Part shown: positions 9,125 through 18,736 of the stretch, piece by piece | Position numbering within the stretch: position 1 is the stretch's first letter | How the letters are laid out: each line of letters begins with the position of its first letter | Assembly: GCA_900759015.1 (NCBI GenBank) | Contig: CAAEUE010000014.1 | Coordinates: forward strand, 22,904-86,903 | From: Clostridia bacterium | GTDB lineage: Bacteria > Bacillota > Clostridia > TANB77 > CAG-508 | DNA: 64,000 bases | Direction of reading: 5' to 3' | Notes under the pieces: generated by a model | Told to the model about the DNA's origin: nothing | The model's input: only the letters and a program-made list of their open reading frames with translations | Database searches by the model: none | Program-made: the position numbers and the translations under genes

Positions 9125-10843
9125 TTATGCTCCTTTGCTTACGCTGTTTTGAAGTTCATATATTTTTTTATATAATTTAGAATTGTTTAATAACTCGGTA
9201 TGTGTACCAATATTTTCAATTTTTCCATTATTAAAAACTAAAATTCTAGAACAGTTTTTGATTGTAGATGTTTTTTGTGAGGCTATAAATGTTGTAATAT
9301 TATGTTCTTTAGAATACTTAAAAATATTTTGTAATACTTGTGATTCTGTATATAAATCTAATGCACTTGTAACATCATCAAAAATTAATACTTTAGGATT
9401 ACCAATAAAGCCTCTTGCAATATTTATACGTTGCTTTTGACCACCGGATAAATTAGATGCATTATTTTGTAAAACAAAGTTTAAGGTGTTTTCTTTTTGA
9501 TTAACAAATTCACTTGCATTAGAAAGCTCCAGACTTTTTTGTATTTCTTCTTTAGAAGTAACTCTACCTAAAGCAATGTTTTCAAAAATTGTAGCTGTAA
9601 TAAAATCTGGCTTTTGACCAATATATGTTATGTTAGATTTTAAAAAGTTTGAATCATATTTTCTTATATCTTCACCATATAATTTTAAGCTACCAGAAGA
9701 AATATTTAAAGAATTATTTAGTAGTCTTAAAAAAGTACTTTTCCCTGAACCTGTAAGACCGATAATACCAATAGTTTCGCCAGGTTTTATTTTTAATGAT
9801 ATATCTCTTAAATTGTTAGTAGTAAAATATGAAAAATTTACATTAGATATATCAAAAATATAGTTGTTAGGTTTAAATTCTTTAATGTTACCAGTTTGTT
9901 TATTCTCTTTTAGGTTAAATAATTCTATTATACGTTTTGAAGAAGCGAAAGCTTTTGTGTAAATTGCAACTAAGTTTGAAAGTACAACAACAGCTAATAG
10001 CATCTCAGAAATGTAATTTATTATTGCAATAATTTCACCTTTAGATAAATTTTCAAATCCAAACTCGACATTGCTTATATTCAAAACTATTAGTGTAGTA
10101 AAGTTTAAAATAAATATAGAAACAGGATTTAGTAAAAAAGATAAAATAGTTGCAAGTTTATTATAGATATATGTTAGATTATTTACTTTATCAAATTTTG
10201 TTTTTTCTGTATTTTGTGTTACAAAACTACGAATTAATTTAATATTAGTTAAGTTTTCTTTTATTCTTAAGGTTAGCTTGTCTAACTGTAAATTAGCTTT
10301 TTGATAAATTTTACTCGCAGATTTTGCAATTATCAAAATTACTAGAAATAGTATAATACTTGCTACAAGAACATTTATTGCAATTTGTATGTTTATTAAT
10401 GAAATCATAATAATTGAGCCAATAAAAATAAATGGAACTCTTATTACTAATCTTATAAACATAGCAATTCCTGTTTCTAAATTAGTAACATCATTAATAA
10501 TTCGATTTACTATGGCAGAACTACCAATGCTATTTAATTTATTAGAAGGAACTTTTTGAATATGAGCAAATAATTTTTCGCGTAAAGTTTTGCTATATCC
10601 TTGCGAAGTAATTGCAGCTATGTATTGCGCACTACAAGCGAAAATAAGTCCTAATAATACAAGTATAATTAATCCAATAGAGTAATATATAAGCTCTGTA
10701 GAAGAAAATCTATTATAATTATCAATAAAAAAGGCAATAATGATTGGCAATAGTACTTCTATTATTGCTTCTAATAATTTTAATATTGGTCCAACTATTA
10801 AATTTACTTTATATTTTTTTAAATATTTTAATAATGTCTTCAT
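9125..10843 (-). CDS. ABC transporter, fused permease/ATP-binding subunit; partner of the previous gene (heterodimeric exporter)
   Basis: TM domain followed by Walker A GLTGSGKST, signature LSGGQKQR and Walker B LIFDDVTSALD. Only 3 nt from the downstream gene. Confidence 0.85.
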   Translation of the reverse strand: MKTLLKYLKKYKVNLIVGPILKLLEAIIEVLLPIIIAFFIDNYNRFSSTELIYYSIGLIILVLLGLIFACSAQYIAAITSQGYSKTLREKLFAHIQKVPSNKLNSIGSSAIVNRIINDVTNLETGIAMFIRLVIRVPFIFIGSIIMISLINIQIAINVLVASIILFLVILIIAKSASKIYQKANLQLDKLTLRIKENLTNIKLIRSFVTQNTEKTKFDKVNNLTYIYNKLATILSFLLNPVSIFILNFTTLIVLNISNVEFGFENLSKGEIIAIINYISEMLLAVVVLSNLVAIYTKAFASSKRIIELFNLKENKQTGNIKEFKPNNYIFDISNVNFSYFTTNNLRDISLKIKPGETIGIIGLTGSGKSTFLRLLNNSLNISSGSLKLYGEDIRKYDSNFLKSNITYIGQKPDFITATIFENIALGRVTSKEEIQKSLELSNASEFVNQKENTLNFVLQNNASNLSGGQKQRINIARGFIGNPKVLIFDDVTSALDLYTESQVLQNIFKYSKEHNITTFIASQKTSTIKNCSRILVFNNGKIENIGTHTELLNNSKLYKKIYELQNSVSKGA

Positions 10844-10994
10844 AAACTAAATCCTTTCGTAACTTGTAAAGTCAAAATTATTATATCATTAAAACAATAA
10901 AAATATGTAGTTATTTCATATAAAAAAATACATATATAAGTGGACATTTTGTAGTATATAATATAAAATGTACTATAGATTTAGGAGGAAAAAG

Positions 10995-11747
10995 ATGAAA
11001 GCTTTAGTTACAGGTGCATCATCAGGAATAGGTGAAGAAATAGCTAAAGAATTAAGTAAAAAAGGATATGATATAATTCTTGTAGCTAGAAACGAAGAAA
11101 AATTAAAAGAAGTTGCCTCAAAGATAAAAACCAATACCAGAATAATAACTATGGATTTATCTAATAAAGAAAATTGTGAAAAGCTATATGAAGAAACAAA
11201 AAATGAAGACATAGATATCTTAATAAATAATGCAGGTTTTGGTGTTCACGGAAAATTTTGTGATACAGATTTAGATAAAGAAGTGCAAATGATAGAAACA
11301 AATATAACTGCAGTTCATATTTTAATGAAATTATTTTTAAAAGATATGATAAAGAAAAATAGTGGATATATTTTGAATGTTGCTTCTATGGCAGCTTTTG
11401 GACCAGGTCCATTAATGAGTGCATATTATGCTTCAAAAGCATATGTTTATAGATTATCACAAGGAGTAAAAACAGAACTTAAAAAGAATAATTCAAAGGT
11501 TAAAATTTCGGTATTATGTCCAGGACCTGTAAGGACAAATTTTAATAAAGTAGCGGGAGTAGATTTTGCAGCACCATCATTAAGTAGTGAATATGTTGCA
11601 AAATATGCAGTAAAGAAAATGCTAAAAAATAAATTTACAATAGTTCCTGGTACTTTTATGAAAATAACTAGATTTTTCGAGAAAATAACTCCACATAATT
11701 TAGTAAGCAATGTTTCATATTTTGTAAATTACCGTAAAGATAAATGA
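10995..11747 (+). CDS. short-chain dehydrogenase/reductase (SDR)
   Basis: TGASSGIG Rossmann motif, NNAG and the YxxxK catalytic pair (YYASKAY). RBS AGGAGG before the ATG at 10995. Confidence 0.85.
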   Translation: MKALVTGASSGIGEEIAKELSKKGYDIILVARNEEKLKEVASKIKTNTRIITMDLSNKENCEKLYEETKNEDIDILINNAGFGVHGKFCDTDLDKEVQMIETNITAVHILMKLFLKDMIKKNSGYILNVASMAAFGPGPLMSAYYASKAYVYRLSQGVKTELKKNNSKVKISVLCPGPVRTNFNKVAGVDFAAPSLSSEYVAKYAVKKMLKNKFTIVPGTFMKITRFFEKITPHNLVSNVSYFVNYRKDK

Positions 11748-11773
11748 ACTTTAGGGACGGGGTTAAAAGTTCA
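11747..11773. repeat. GGGACG-loop palindromic repeat (GAACTTT/AAAGTTC stem variant)
   Basis: gaactttagggacggggttaaaagttc. Near-identical copies at 33925 and 57750. Confidence 0.7.
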
Positions 11774-11822
11774 AAAATAGCGATTTTATTTGCAATACTA
11801 AGTAAAATAAAGGAGAAAAATT

Positions 11823-12377
11823 ATGAAATTAATGTTTGCATCAGATATACATGGAAATGCATATTTTTGTAATAAACTTAAAGAGGCATATAATAAAGAA
11901 CAACCAGAAAAACTAATTTTATTAGGAGATTTACTATATAATAAATCGCTTCTATCATTTGGAAGAAATAACGAAAGACAGAAAACAGCTGGAATTCTGA
12001 ATGACTTAATGGATTATATAATTGCAGTAAGAGGAAACTGTGATACAGATTTAGACCAAGCATTATTATATTTTCCAATAATGAGTGATTATAAAAAATT
12101 AAATGTTGATGGATATGAAATTTTCATAACACATGGCCATTTATATAATAAATATCATTTACCACCTTCAGATAAAAAGGTGATTTTAATACATGGACAT
12201 ACACATGTACCATGTATAGAAAATACAAAAGAATATATGTACCTAAATCCAGGTTCTATATCTGATCCAAGAGAAGGAAATCCTAATACTTATATGATAT
12301 ACGAAAATAAAGAATTTATAATTAAAGATTTAGAAGGGCACGAGTTTAAAAGCATAAATTTAGATGAATGCTATTAA
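11823..12377 (+). CDS. metallophosphoesterase (YfcE/MJ0936-like)
   Basis: SDIHGN, GDLL, GNCD and HGH motifs of calcineurin-like phosphoesterases. Confidence 0.8.
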   Translation: MKLMFASDIHGNAYFCNKLKEAYNKEQPEKLILLGDLLYNKSLLSFGRNNERQKTAGILNDLMDYIIAVRGNCDTDLDQALLYFPIMSDYKKLNVDGYEIFITHGHLYNKYHLPPSDKKVILIHGHTHVPCIENTKEYMYLNPGSISDPREGNPNTYMIYENKEFIIKDLEGHEFKSINLDECY

Positions 12378-12888
12378 TTATGATAAGATAAAATATCATA
12401 TAGTATATGGAAAAGTAAAAAATTTATATATTCATATAAAAAATGGTGAAGTAATAGTAAAAGCACCTAGGTTTATTACTAAAAAATACATAGATGAGAT
12501 TGTAGAACAAAAAAGAAATTGGATATTAAAAAAGCTAGAAGAAAGTAAAAATGAAACCAAAGAAAGAGAATATACTAAAAAAGATATAGATAATTTAAAA
12601 ACTAAATTAGAATATATTTTTCCGGAATTAATAAAACAAACAAATTTAGTTCCAAACAAGATAAGAATTAGAAACATAAAATACGCTTGGGGAAGTTGCT
12701 CAAGTAATAAGAATATAACAATAAATTTGAAGCTGGTTGATAAATCAGAAGAGGAAATAAAATATGTCGTATTACATGAATTATGTCATTTAAAATATAT
12801 GAATCATTCAGATAAATTTTGGAACTTAGTAGAAAAATATATGCCTAATTATAAAGAGATTAGAAAACAATTAAAAAACAATAGATAA
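12364..12888 (+). CDS. YgjP-like metal-dependent hydrolase (DUF45 / M48-related)
   Basis: HELCHLKYMNHSDKFW zinc-binding motif. Overlaps the upstream gene by 14 nt. Confidence 0.75.
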   Translation: MNAINYDKIKYHIVYGKVKNLYIHIKNGEVIVKAPRFITKKYIDEIVEQKRNWILKKLEESKNETKEREYTKKDIDNLKTKLEYIFPELIKQTNLVPNKIRIRNIKYAWGSCSSNKNITINLKLVDKSEEEIKYVVLHELCHLKYMNHSDKFWNLVEKYMPNYKEIRKQLKNNR

Positions 12889-12904
12889 GACAGGAGATAC
12901 AAAA

Positions 12905-14404
12905 ATGATAAGTTCAAAAGATGGAATAATAGGTTTTGCAATAGGGGATGCAATGGGAGTTCCAGTAGAATTTACCAACAGGGAAAAACTAATGAGAAAT
13001 CCTATAACTTCAATGGAAGGCTTTATGAGCCATAATGTTCCAAAGGGGACTTGGTCAGATGATACATCTATGACAATCGCCACAATGGATTCAATAATTA
13101 ACTCTAATGGAGATATTATAGCAAATGATATGGCAAATAGATTTTTAGAGTGGATGGAAAAGGGAGAATATACACCTGGTGGAAAAATTGTTGATATAGA
13201 TAGGACAACTTTAAGGGCACTAGGTAAATATAAAACAACAAGAAGAAGTGCTGTAAATTGTGGATGTACAAGTAATACAGATAATGGTAATGGTTCATTA
13301 ATGAGAATGTTACCAATAGTGTATTATTCATATTTAAATTGGCTAGAGCAAGATAAAATTTTAAAATTAGTTGCTGGTATATCATCAATTACACATGCAA
13401 ATGAGCTAGTAATTATGGGTTGTTATATGTATGTTAATTATGCCATTGAATTATTAAATACTAATAACAGAAAGGCAGCATATTCTAAAATTCAAAATTT
13501 AGATTATTCGATGTTTTCTATGCCAACAATAAGAGCGTATACTAGAATTTTAGATCATGAAATTTACCATTATGGTATAGACGAAATAAAGTCATCAAGT
13601 TATATAGTAGATACTTTAGAAGCTATTTTATGGGTACTTATAAATACAGATACATATAATCAAGCAATAATTGGAGCTATCAATTTGGGTAGTGATACAG
13701 ATACAATTGCAGCATGTACAGGAGGTTTAGCTGGAATTATTTATGGTATAAAAAGTATTAATTCAGATTGGAAAATTGATTTGCGTAAATATGCTGAGCT
13801 TATAGAACTTTGTGAAAAGTTTGATGAAATATTATATAAATTAAATGGAAAAGAAATTAATAGTAACTCTATAAATAAAAATGATGTATTAAGAAGAATA
13901 GAAATTGTAAATGAAGATATAACTGTAGTTCCAGCAGATGCGTTAGTTTGTGCCAATACATCTGGTAATTTAGGTAGAGGTGGAGAAGGCACTATATTTT
14001 CTAGAGCTGGTATAGAGTTAGAAAACAAATGTAAAGAATTTGATGAATTAAGTAGAGGACAAGCTAAAGTAACAAGAGCATATAAAATAGATACAAAGTA
14101 TATTATTCATACAGTAGTACCAAAGTGGTATGATGAGAGTGAAACAAATCAGAATGAGATACTTGAAGAATGCTATAAAAATATTTTTAAAATTTCAGCA
14201 GATTATGATATTAAAAGTATAGCAATTCCTACTTTAGGAATTGGTGCTTGTAGTGCGCCAGTAGATGTTGCAGTTAAAATTGCAATTGATGGTATAATAA
14301 ATAACTTCTTTAGAAATCCTGATATAGATAAAATTTACATAGTTTGCAATGATTCTAGAATACAAAGAACATATATAGAATATTTAAACAGTTTATTAGA
14401 TTAA
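12905..14404 (+). CDS. fusion protein: ADP-ribosylglycohydrolase domain (N-terminal) with macro domain (C-terminal)
   Basis: N-terminus IGFAIGDAMGVPVEF...GTWSDDTSM...GSDTDTIAACTGGLAG matches the ARH/DraG family. The C-terminus VVPADALVCANTSGNLGRGGEGTIFSRAG...IAIPTLGIGACSAP is macro-domain-like. Confidence 0.8.
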   Translation: MISSKDGIIGFAIGDAMGVPVEFTNREKLMRNPITSMEGFMSHNVPKGTWSDDTSMTIATMDSIINSNGDIIANDMANRFLEWMEKGEYTPGGKIVDIDRTTLRALGKYKTTRRSAVNCGCTSNTDNGNGSLMRMLPIVYYSYLNWLEQDKILKLVAGISSITHANELVIMGCYMYVNYAIELLNTNNRKAAYSKIQNLDYSMFSMPTIRAYTRILDHEIYHYGIDEIKSSSYIVDTLEAILWVLINTDTYNQAIIGAINLGSDTDTIAACTGGLAGIIYGIKSINSDWKIDLRKYAELIELCEKFDEILYKLNGKEINSNSINKNDVLRRIEIVNEDITVVPADALVCANTSGNLGRGGEGTIFSRAGIELENKCKEFDELSRGQAKVTRAYKIDTKYIIHTVVPKWYDESETNQNEILEECYKNIFKISADYDIKSIAIPTLGIGACSAPVDVAVKIAIDGIINNFFRNPDIDKIYIVCNDSRIQRTYIEYLNSLLD

Positions 14405-14446
14405 AAAACTTGGTAGTAGATGTTTTTTCTACTGCCAAGTTTTTTG
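14403..14446 (+). terminator. rho-independent terminator
   Basis: acttggtagtaga / tctactgccaagt stem then TTTTTT. Confidence 0.75.
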
Positions 14447-14449
14447 TGC

Positions 14450-14570
14450 ATCGGGAACAAGGGACGTTGCTAAAATCCCTATTTCTATAAAATAGGGATT
14501 TTAGCGGTTTATATGAAAACAAAAAAAGCAAATAGGGAAAAAAGGAACGTCCCAAAATCCCTACAAAAAT
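14450..14570. repeat. cluster of three GGGACG-loop palindromic repeats
   Basis: gggaacaagggacgttgctaaaatccc, tagggattttagc and agggaaaaaaggaacgtcccaaaatccc, in a convergent intergenic region. Confidence 0.7.
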
Positions 14571-14571
14571 C

Positions 14572-15777
14572 CTAATATTTTACAATATCATTATATGTTT
14601 CTATTGCATAACTATCTGTCATACCAGAAATATATGTAATAATAGCTGTTTGATAGTCTTTAATATTATTCATATCATATAAAATTTTATTTTTTAAATG
14701 AGTTCTATCAGTTTCTATATTCCAATAACAAGAAATCCATTTTATAAAAGTATCTATTACTTTAGTATAAAAAGGTTTAATACTGTTTAATTTTTCTAAA
14801 GTATTCATACCATCATAACATTCATTTAAAGTATTAAATATTTCGTTTAATACAAGACTAAAATATCTTTCTGAAGGTTTCATACATTTGTGCTTATAGA
14901 TATATTTGTAATTAAATTGTTTTAATCTTTTTATTTTTTCAAATGTAGTTTCAGAAAATTTTAAACCTTCTTCTATAGAGGAATTTATACATAAATCAGC
15001 GATTAAATCACCTATAATGTTAGTATTGTTTAGATTTGCAGATTTAGGAAGAGCTAACAAATTATATAATTCGTCTAAATTACTATTTAATATTCCCATA
15101 GATATTGCATCTTCTATATCTCTACCCAAATATGAAATTTTATCAGAAATTTTTACAACACAGGCTTCCCAAGTATATGGAGCATATTGGTTAAGATTTA
15201 TATAATCTTTTTCTAAATTGATAAATTCACTTCTAGGTTTTAAAGAAATTTCATCAATTTCACCACAGTGAGATATAATACCATCTCTTACTGCATATGT
15301 TAAGTTTAGATTTTTTTCTTCATTATTAACATTTGTTAGTAATTCTATATTATCAACAAAATTTAAACCATTTCTTTCATGCCAAAAAGATTCTAAACCA
15401 TTTTCCATACAGATTTTATTTAAAATTTGTTCACCTTTATGTCCAAAAGGGCTATGACCAATATCGTGTGATATAGAAATAGCTCTTGTTAAAGTGGTAT
15501 TTAAACCTAATGCTTTTGCAATGGTATAACTTGTTGCATCAACATTATTTACATGTTCAATACGAGTACAAATATGATCATTTTTTGGTAAAAAGAATAC
15601 CTGTGTTTTATGCTTTAATCTTCTATAAGCATTACAATATATAATTCTGTCATAATCTCTCTCGAAATCAGAGCGTACATCATTTTCTTTTTTATATAAT
15701 TCATCTTCTCGTGAAATTAAATTACTCCAATTTGGATTAGATGGAGTAGCAGAAACACTACTAAATTTAAAATCCAT
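14572..15777 (-). CDS. dGTP triphosphohydrolase-like HD-domain protein
   Basis: Dgt-family N-terminus (RDYDRIIYCNAYRRLKHKTQVF), HD motif HDIGHSPFGH and conserved C-terminal helices. Confidence 0.8.
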   Translation of the reverse strand: MDFKFSSVSATPSNPNWSNLISREDELYKKENDVRSDFERDYDRIIYCNAYRRLKHKTQVFFLPKNDHICTRIEHVNNVDATSYTIAKALGLNTTLTRAISISHDIGHSPFGHKGEQILNKICMENGLESFWHERNGLNFVDNIELLTNVNNEEKNLNLTYAVRDGIISHCGEIDEISLKPRSEFINLEKDYINLNQYAPYTWEACVVKISDKISYLGRDIEDAISMGILNSNLDELYNLLALPKSANLNNTNIIGDLIADLCINSSIEEGLKFSETTFEKIKRLKQFNYKYIYKHKCMKPSERYFSLVLNEIFNTLNECYDGMNTLEKLNSIKPFYTKVIDTFIKWISCYWNIETDRTHLKNKILYDMNNIKDYQTAIITYISGMTDSYAIETYNDIVKY

Positions 15778-15907
15778 TTAAATACCTCCTATAATTTATA
15801 TGATAATAGTTTATCAAATATCAAAAGAAAAGTATATGAAAAATATCAAGTTATATGTTAAAATATAGATAACTTAATATTAGTACATAAGAAAAGGGGG
15901 ATATGTT

Positions 15908-16270
15908 GTGAATAAAAAGAATATTAGAAAAAAAATAATTATAACACTTATTGGATTTATTGCTGTTGTTATATTGGTAACAATGTATATAAATACTTTT
16001 GGAATACCTTATCCAAAAGTAATAAAACAAGTAGTAGCAAATCAATTATTTGGAGATAATTCGTGTCAATGTCCTCCAGCTATTATAGCCGGTCAAGCTT
16101 TAACAGAGTGGAGATGTATTATATGTAAGAGAGCAGACATACATCCTAACACAGCTGTTCCAGTTTTGTGTAAGAATTGTGCTAATGCGACTAATAGATG
16201 TGAACAATGTGGGGGTATTAAAGATTTAGATGTCCAAAATGGAAAAGAATATATTAAAGGAGATATATGA
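15908..16270 (+). CDS. small Cys-rich membrane-anchored protein (120 aa)
   Basis: GTG start after AAGGGGGA. N-terminal TM helix. Eight Cys in CxC/CxxC arrangements, so a likely Zn-ribbon ectodomain. Confidence 0.5.
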   Translation: MNKKNIRKKIIITLIGFIAVVILVTMYINTFGIPYPKVIKQVVANQLFGDNSCQCPPAIIAGQALTEWRCIICKRADIHPNTAVPVLCKNCANATNRCEQCGGIKDLDVQNGKEYIKGDI

Positions 16271-16281
16271 TACACTATGTA

Positions 16282-16330
16282 GTGAGTGTGCTAATGCAAC
16301 TAATAGATGTGATATATGTAGGGGATAAAA
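16282..16330 (+). repeat. partial tandem duplication of the 3' coding end of the 15908 gene
   Basis: CSECANATNRCDICRG* is encoded just after the stop and is near-identical to the CKNCANATNRCEQCGG block at the gene's C-terminus. At DNA level tgtgctaatgc[ga]actaatagatgtga is repeated. Confidence 0.6.
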
Positions 16331-16459
16331 ATGTTTGATGATAAAACAAGATATGATTATGAACATCATATTTGTGATATTGTATTTAGTTATTATGATT
16401 AAAAAGTATGTGTTTTTTACGCATACTTTTGTTATTATTAAAAAAATTTAAAAAAGTAC

Positions 16460-16523
16460 TTGATTTTTTAAAAAAAGAGAGTATAATATAATTTGTAAAG
16501 GTCAAAGAAAGTCAAAGTCAAAG
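16460..16523 (+). promoter_or_regulatory. ctsR promoter with a perfect CtsR operator
   Basis: TTGATT, 16-nt spacer, TATAAT (16482-16487). The operator is GGTCAAAgaaAGTCAAA (16500-16516), i.e. the A/GGTCAAAnanA/GGTCAAA consensus. An extra GGTCAAA heptad lies at 16561. Confidence 0.75.
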
Positions 16524-16585
16524 TTAAAAACAAAAATATAACTTTGGTTTTAATATTAGAGGTCAAAGCAAAAGGAAGTGAAAAA

Positions 16586-17035
16586 ATGAGAATATCAGAT
16601 TTAATAGAAGATTTTATAAAAGATATGTTAAAAACAGAAGATGAATTAGAAATACAAAGAAATGAACTTGCGGAACATTTTAATTGTGTGCCTTCACAAA
16701 TAAATTACGTAATATCCACACGATTTAAACCATCACAAGGTTATTATGTAGAAAGTAGAAGAGGAGGTGGCGGTCACATAACAATTAAAAAGATACATGT
16801 AACACAAAGTAATTATCTAATGCATATAATAACAAGCATTGGAGATACATTAACATCAAAAGAAGTAGATATTTTCATAAGTAACTTATTATCAGACGAA
16901 ATTGTGACTAAAAAAGAAGCTAAACTTTTAAAAGTAGCGACAAGTGATAATGTACTTAATGTACCTATCGATATAAAAGATAATTTACGAGCAAGAATAT
17001 TTAAGAACATGTTAATAAATTTAGTAGAAGATTAA
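16586..17035 (+). CDS. ctsR: transcriptional repressor CtsR
   Basis: MRISDLIEDFIKDML...ESRRGGGGHI glycine loop. RBS GGAAGTG before the ATG at 16586. Confidence 0.9.
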   Translation: MRISDLIEDFIKDMLKTEDELEIQRNELAEHFNCVPSQINYVISTRFKPSQGYYVESRRGGGGHITIKKIHVTQSNYLMHIITSIGDTLTSKEVDIFISNLLSDEIVTKKEAKLLKVATSDNVLNVPIDIKDNLRARIFKNMLINLVED

Positions 17036-17097
17036 TTGGCAGACGTAATTAGTCACCAACTAAAATTAGAGATTTTAAATTTAAGGAGGTTTTTATT

Positions 17098-17670
17098 ATG
17101 AAATGTCAAAATTGTGGTAGAAAAGAAGCAAATGTAAAATATACACAAATTATTAATGGTGTAAAAAAAGAAATGAATTTATGCGAGGATTGTGCAAGAG
17201 AATTAGGAATAGGAAGAGAACTTAATTTTAATATGTCTATGAATTTGCCAAGCTTTTTAGGAGGATTCTTTGATGAATACAATATGGATTCTTTTATTCC
17301 AACAATCGGAGCTTTAAGAGAAGAAGGATGCAATACTTGTGGTACAACATATAATGAATTTGCAAATACAGGATTATTTGGTTGCATGGATTGCTATGAT
17401 ATATTTGCTGATAGATTAGATCCAATATTAAGAAATATACAAGGCTCTAACAGACATGTTGGCAGAAAAGCAAAAAGTTTGGATAAATCTATCGTAAAAA
17501 ATATGGAAGCTAAAAAGAAAGAGTTAGAAAAGGATAAAGAATCAAAGAAAGAAAATAAGAAGACTAAAGAATCATTAGAAGAAGAATTAAAACAAGCTAT
17601 TAAAGAAGAAAGATATGAAGATGCAGCCAAAATAAGAGATGAAATTAAAAAAATGAATGGTGATAAATAA
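17098..17670 (+). CDS. mcsA: McsA (zinc-finger activator of McsB) with UVR motif
   Basis: CxxC x4 N-terminal zinc fingers and a C-terminal UVR-like LKQAIKEERYEDAAKIRDEI. Confidence 0.85.
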   Translation: MKCQNCGRKEANVKYTQIINGVKKEMNLCEDCARELGIGRELNFNMSMNLPSFLGGFFDEYNMDSFIPTIGALREEGCNTCGTTYNEFANTGLFGCMDCYDIFADRLDPILRNIQGSNRHVGRKAKSLDKSIVKNMEAKKKELEKDKESKKENKKTKESLEEELKQAIKEERYEDAAKIRDEIKKMNGDK

Positions 17671-17705
17671 TAAAATCAGTAATTAATTCTTTAGGAGGGA
17701 AAAAT

Positions 17706-18722
17706 ATGCTAAATTGGTATTTACAAAGTGGAAAAGATTCAGATGTAATAATAAGTTCTAGAATAAGATTAGCAAGAAATATATCAAATTATCCATTTGA
17801 AACAAAATGTAATGGAGCAAAAAAAGAAGAAATAACTAAATTAATAGAAGAAGCAGTAGCTGGTAACAAATATGGAATTAAGCTTTTAAGGTTAAAAGAC
17901 ATGGATGATGTTACCATTAATAGTTTGATAGAAAAAAGGTTAATAAGTCCAGACTTTGTAAAAGGCAAAGATGCTGCAAAAGCTATACTAATAAATGATG
18001 ATGAAAATGTATGTGCAATGATACATACAGATGATCACATTAGTTTACAAGTATTTGGAGCAGGTCTAGAGTTAGACAATTTATTAAATCTAATTATTGA
18101 GTTAGATGAATATTTAGATGAAAAGTTAAAATTTGCATTTAACGAAAAATATGGATTTTTAACAGCATGCCCATTAGAGGCAGGAACAGCGATGAAGGCA
18201 TCTGTAATGGTACATTTACCAGCATTGCAAATTACAGGTAATATGGGAAAAGTTTTAGAAATAATAAATAATTTTGGTATGAATGTAACAGGAATTCATG
18301 GGGAAGGTAGCAAATCCGAAGGCGCATTATATCAAATATCTAATAAACAAACTCTAGGAATTTCTGAAAAAGAAATTATAAAGAAATTAAAATTAATAAC
18401 AGATAAAATAATAGAGCAAGAGAGAATTGCAAGAAAATACTTAGGAAAAAATAGGTTAAATTTAGAAGACAGATTATATAGAGATTATGGTATTTTAACA
18501 AACTGCAGAAAAATTTCAGAAAGTGAATGTAAGGATTTATTATCAACATTAAAATTAGGAACAGATTTAGGAATTGTTAATGAACTAACAGACTTAAAAA
18601 TAAATAAATTATTATTATATACACAAGACGCAAACTTACAAAAATATTTAGGAACAAAATTAGAGGGAATAGATTTAGATGCTAAAAGAGCAGAAATTAT
18701 TAAAACAATTATAAAAGAGTAA
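17706..18722 (+). CDS. mcsB: protein-arginine kinase McsB
   Basis: Phosphagen-kinase fold motifs (SSRIRLARN, CPLEAGTAM). Position between mcsA and clpC. Confidence 0.9.
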   Translation: MLNWYLQSGKDSDVIISSRIRLARNISNYPFETKCNGAKKEEITKLIEEAVAGNKYGIKLLRLKDMDDVTINSLIEKRLISPDFVKGKDAAKAILINDDENVCAMIHTDDHISLQVFGAGLELDNLLNLIIELDEYLDEKLKFAFNEKYGFLTACPLEAGTAMKASVMVHLPALQITGNMGKVLEIINNFGMNVTGIHGEGSKSEGALYQISNKQTLGISEKEIIKKLKLITDKIIEQERIARKYLGKNRLNLEDRLYRDYGILTNCRKISESECKDLLSTLKLGTDLGIVNELTDLKINKLLLYTQDANLQKYLGTKLEGIDLDAKRAEIIKTIIKE

Positions 18723-18736
18723 GGAGGTAGATATTT

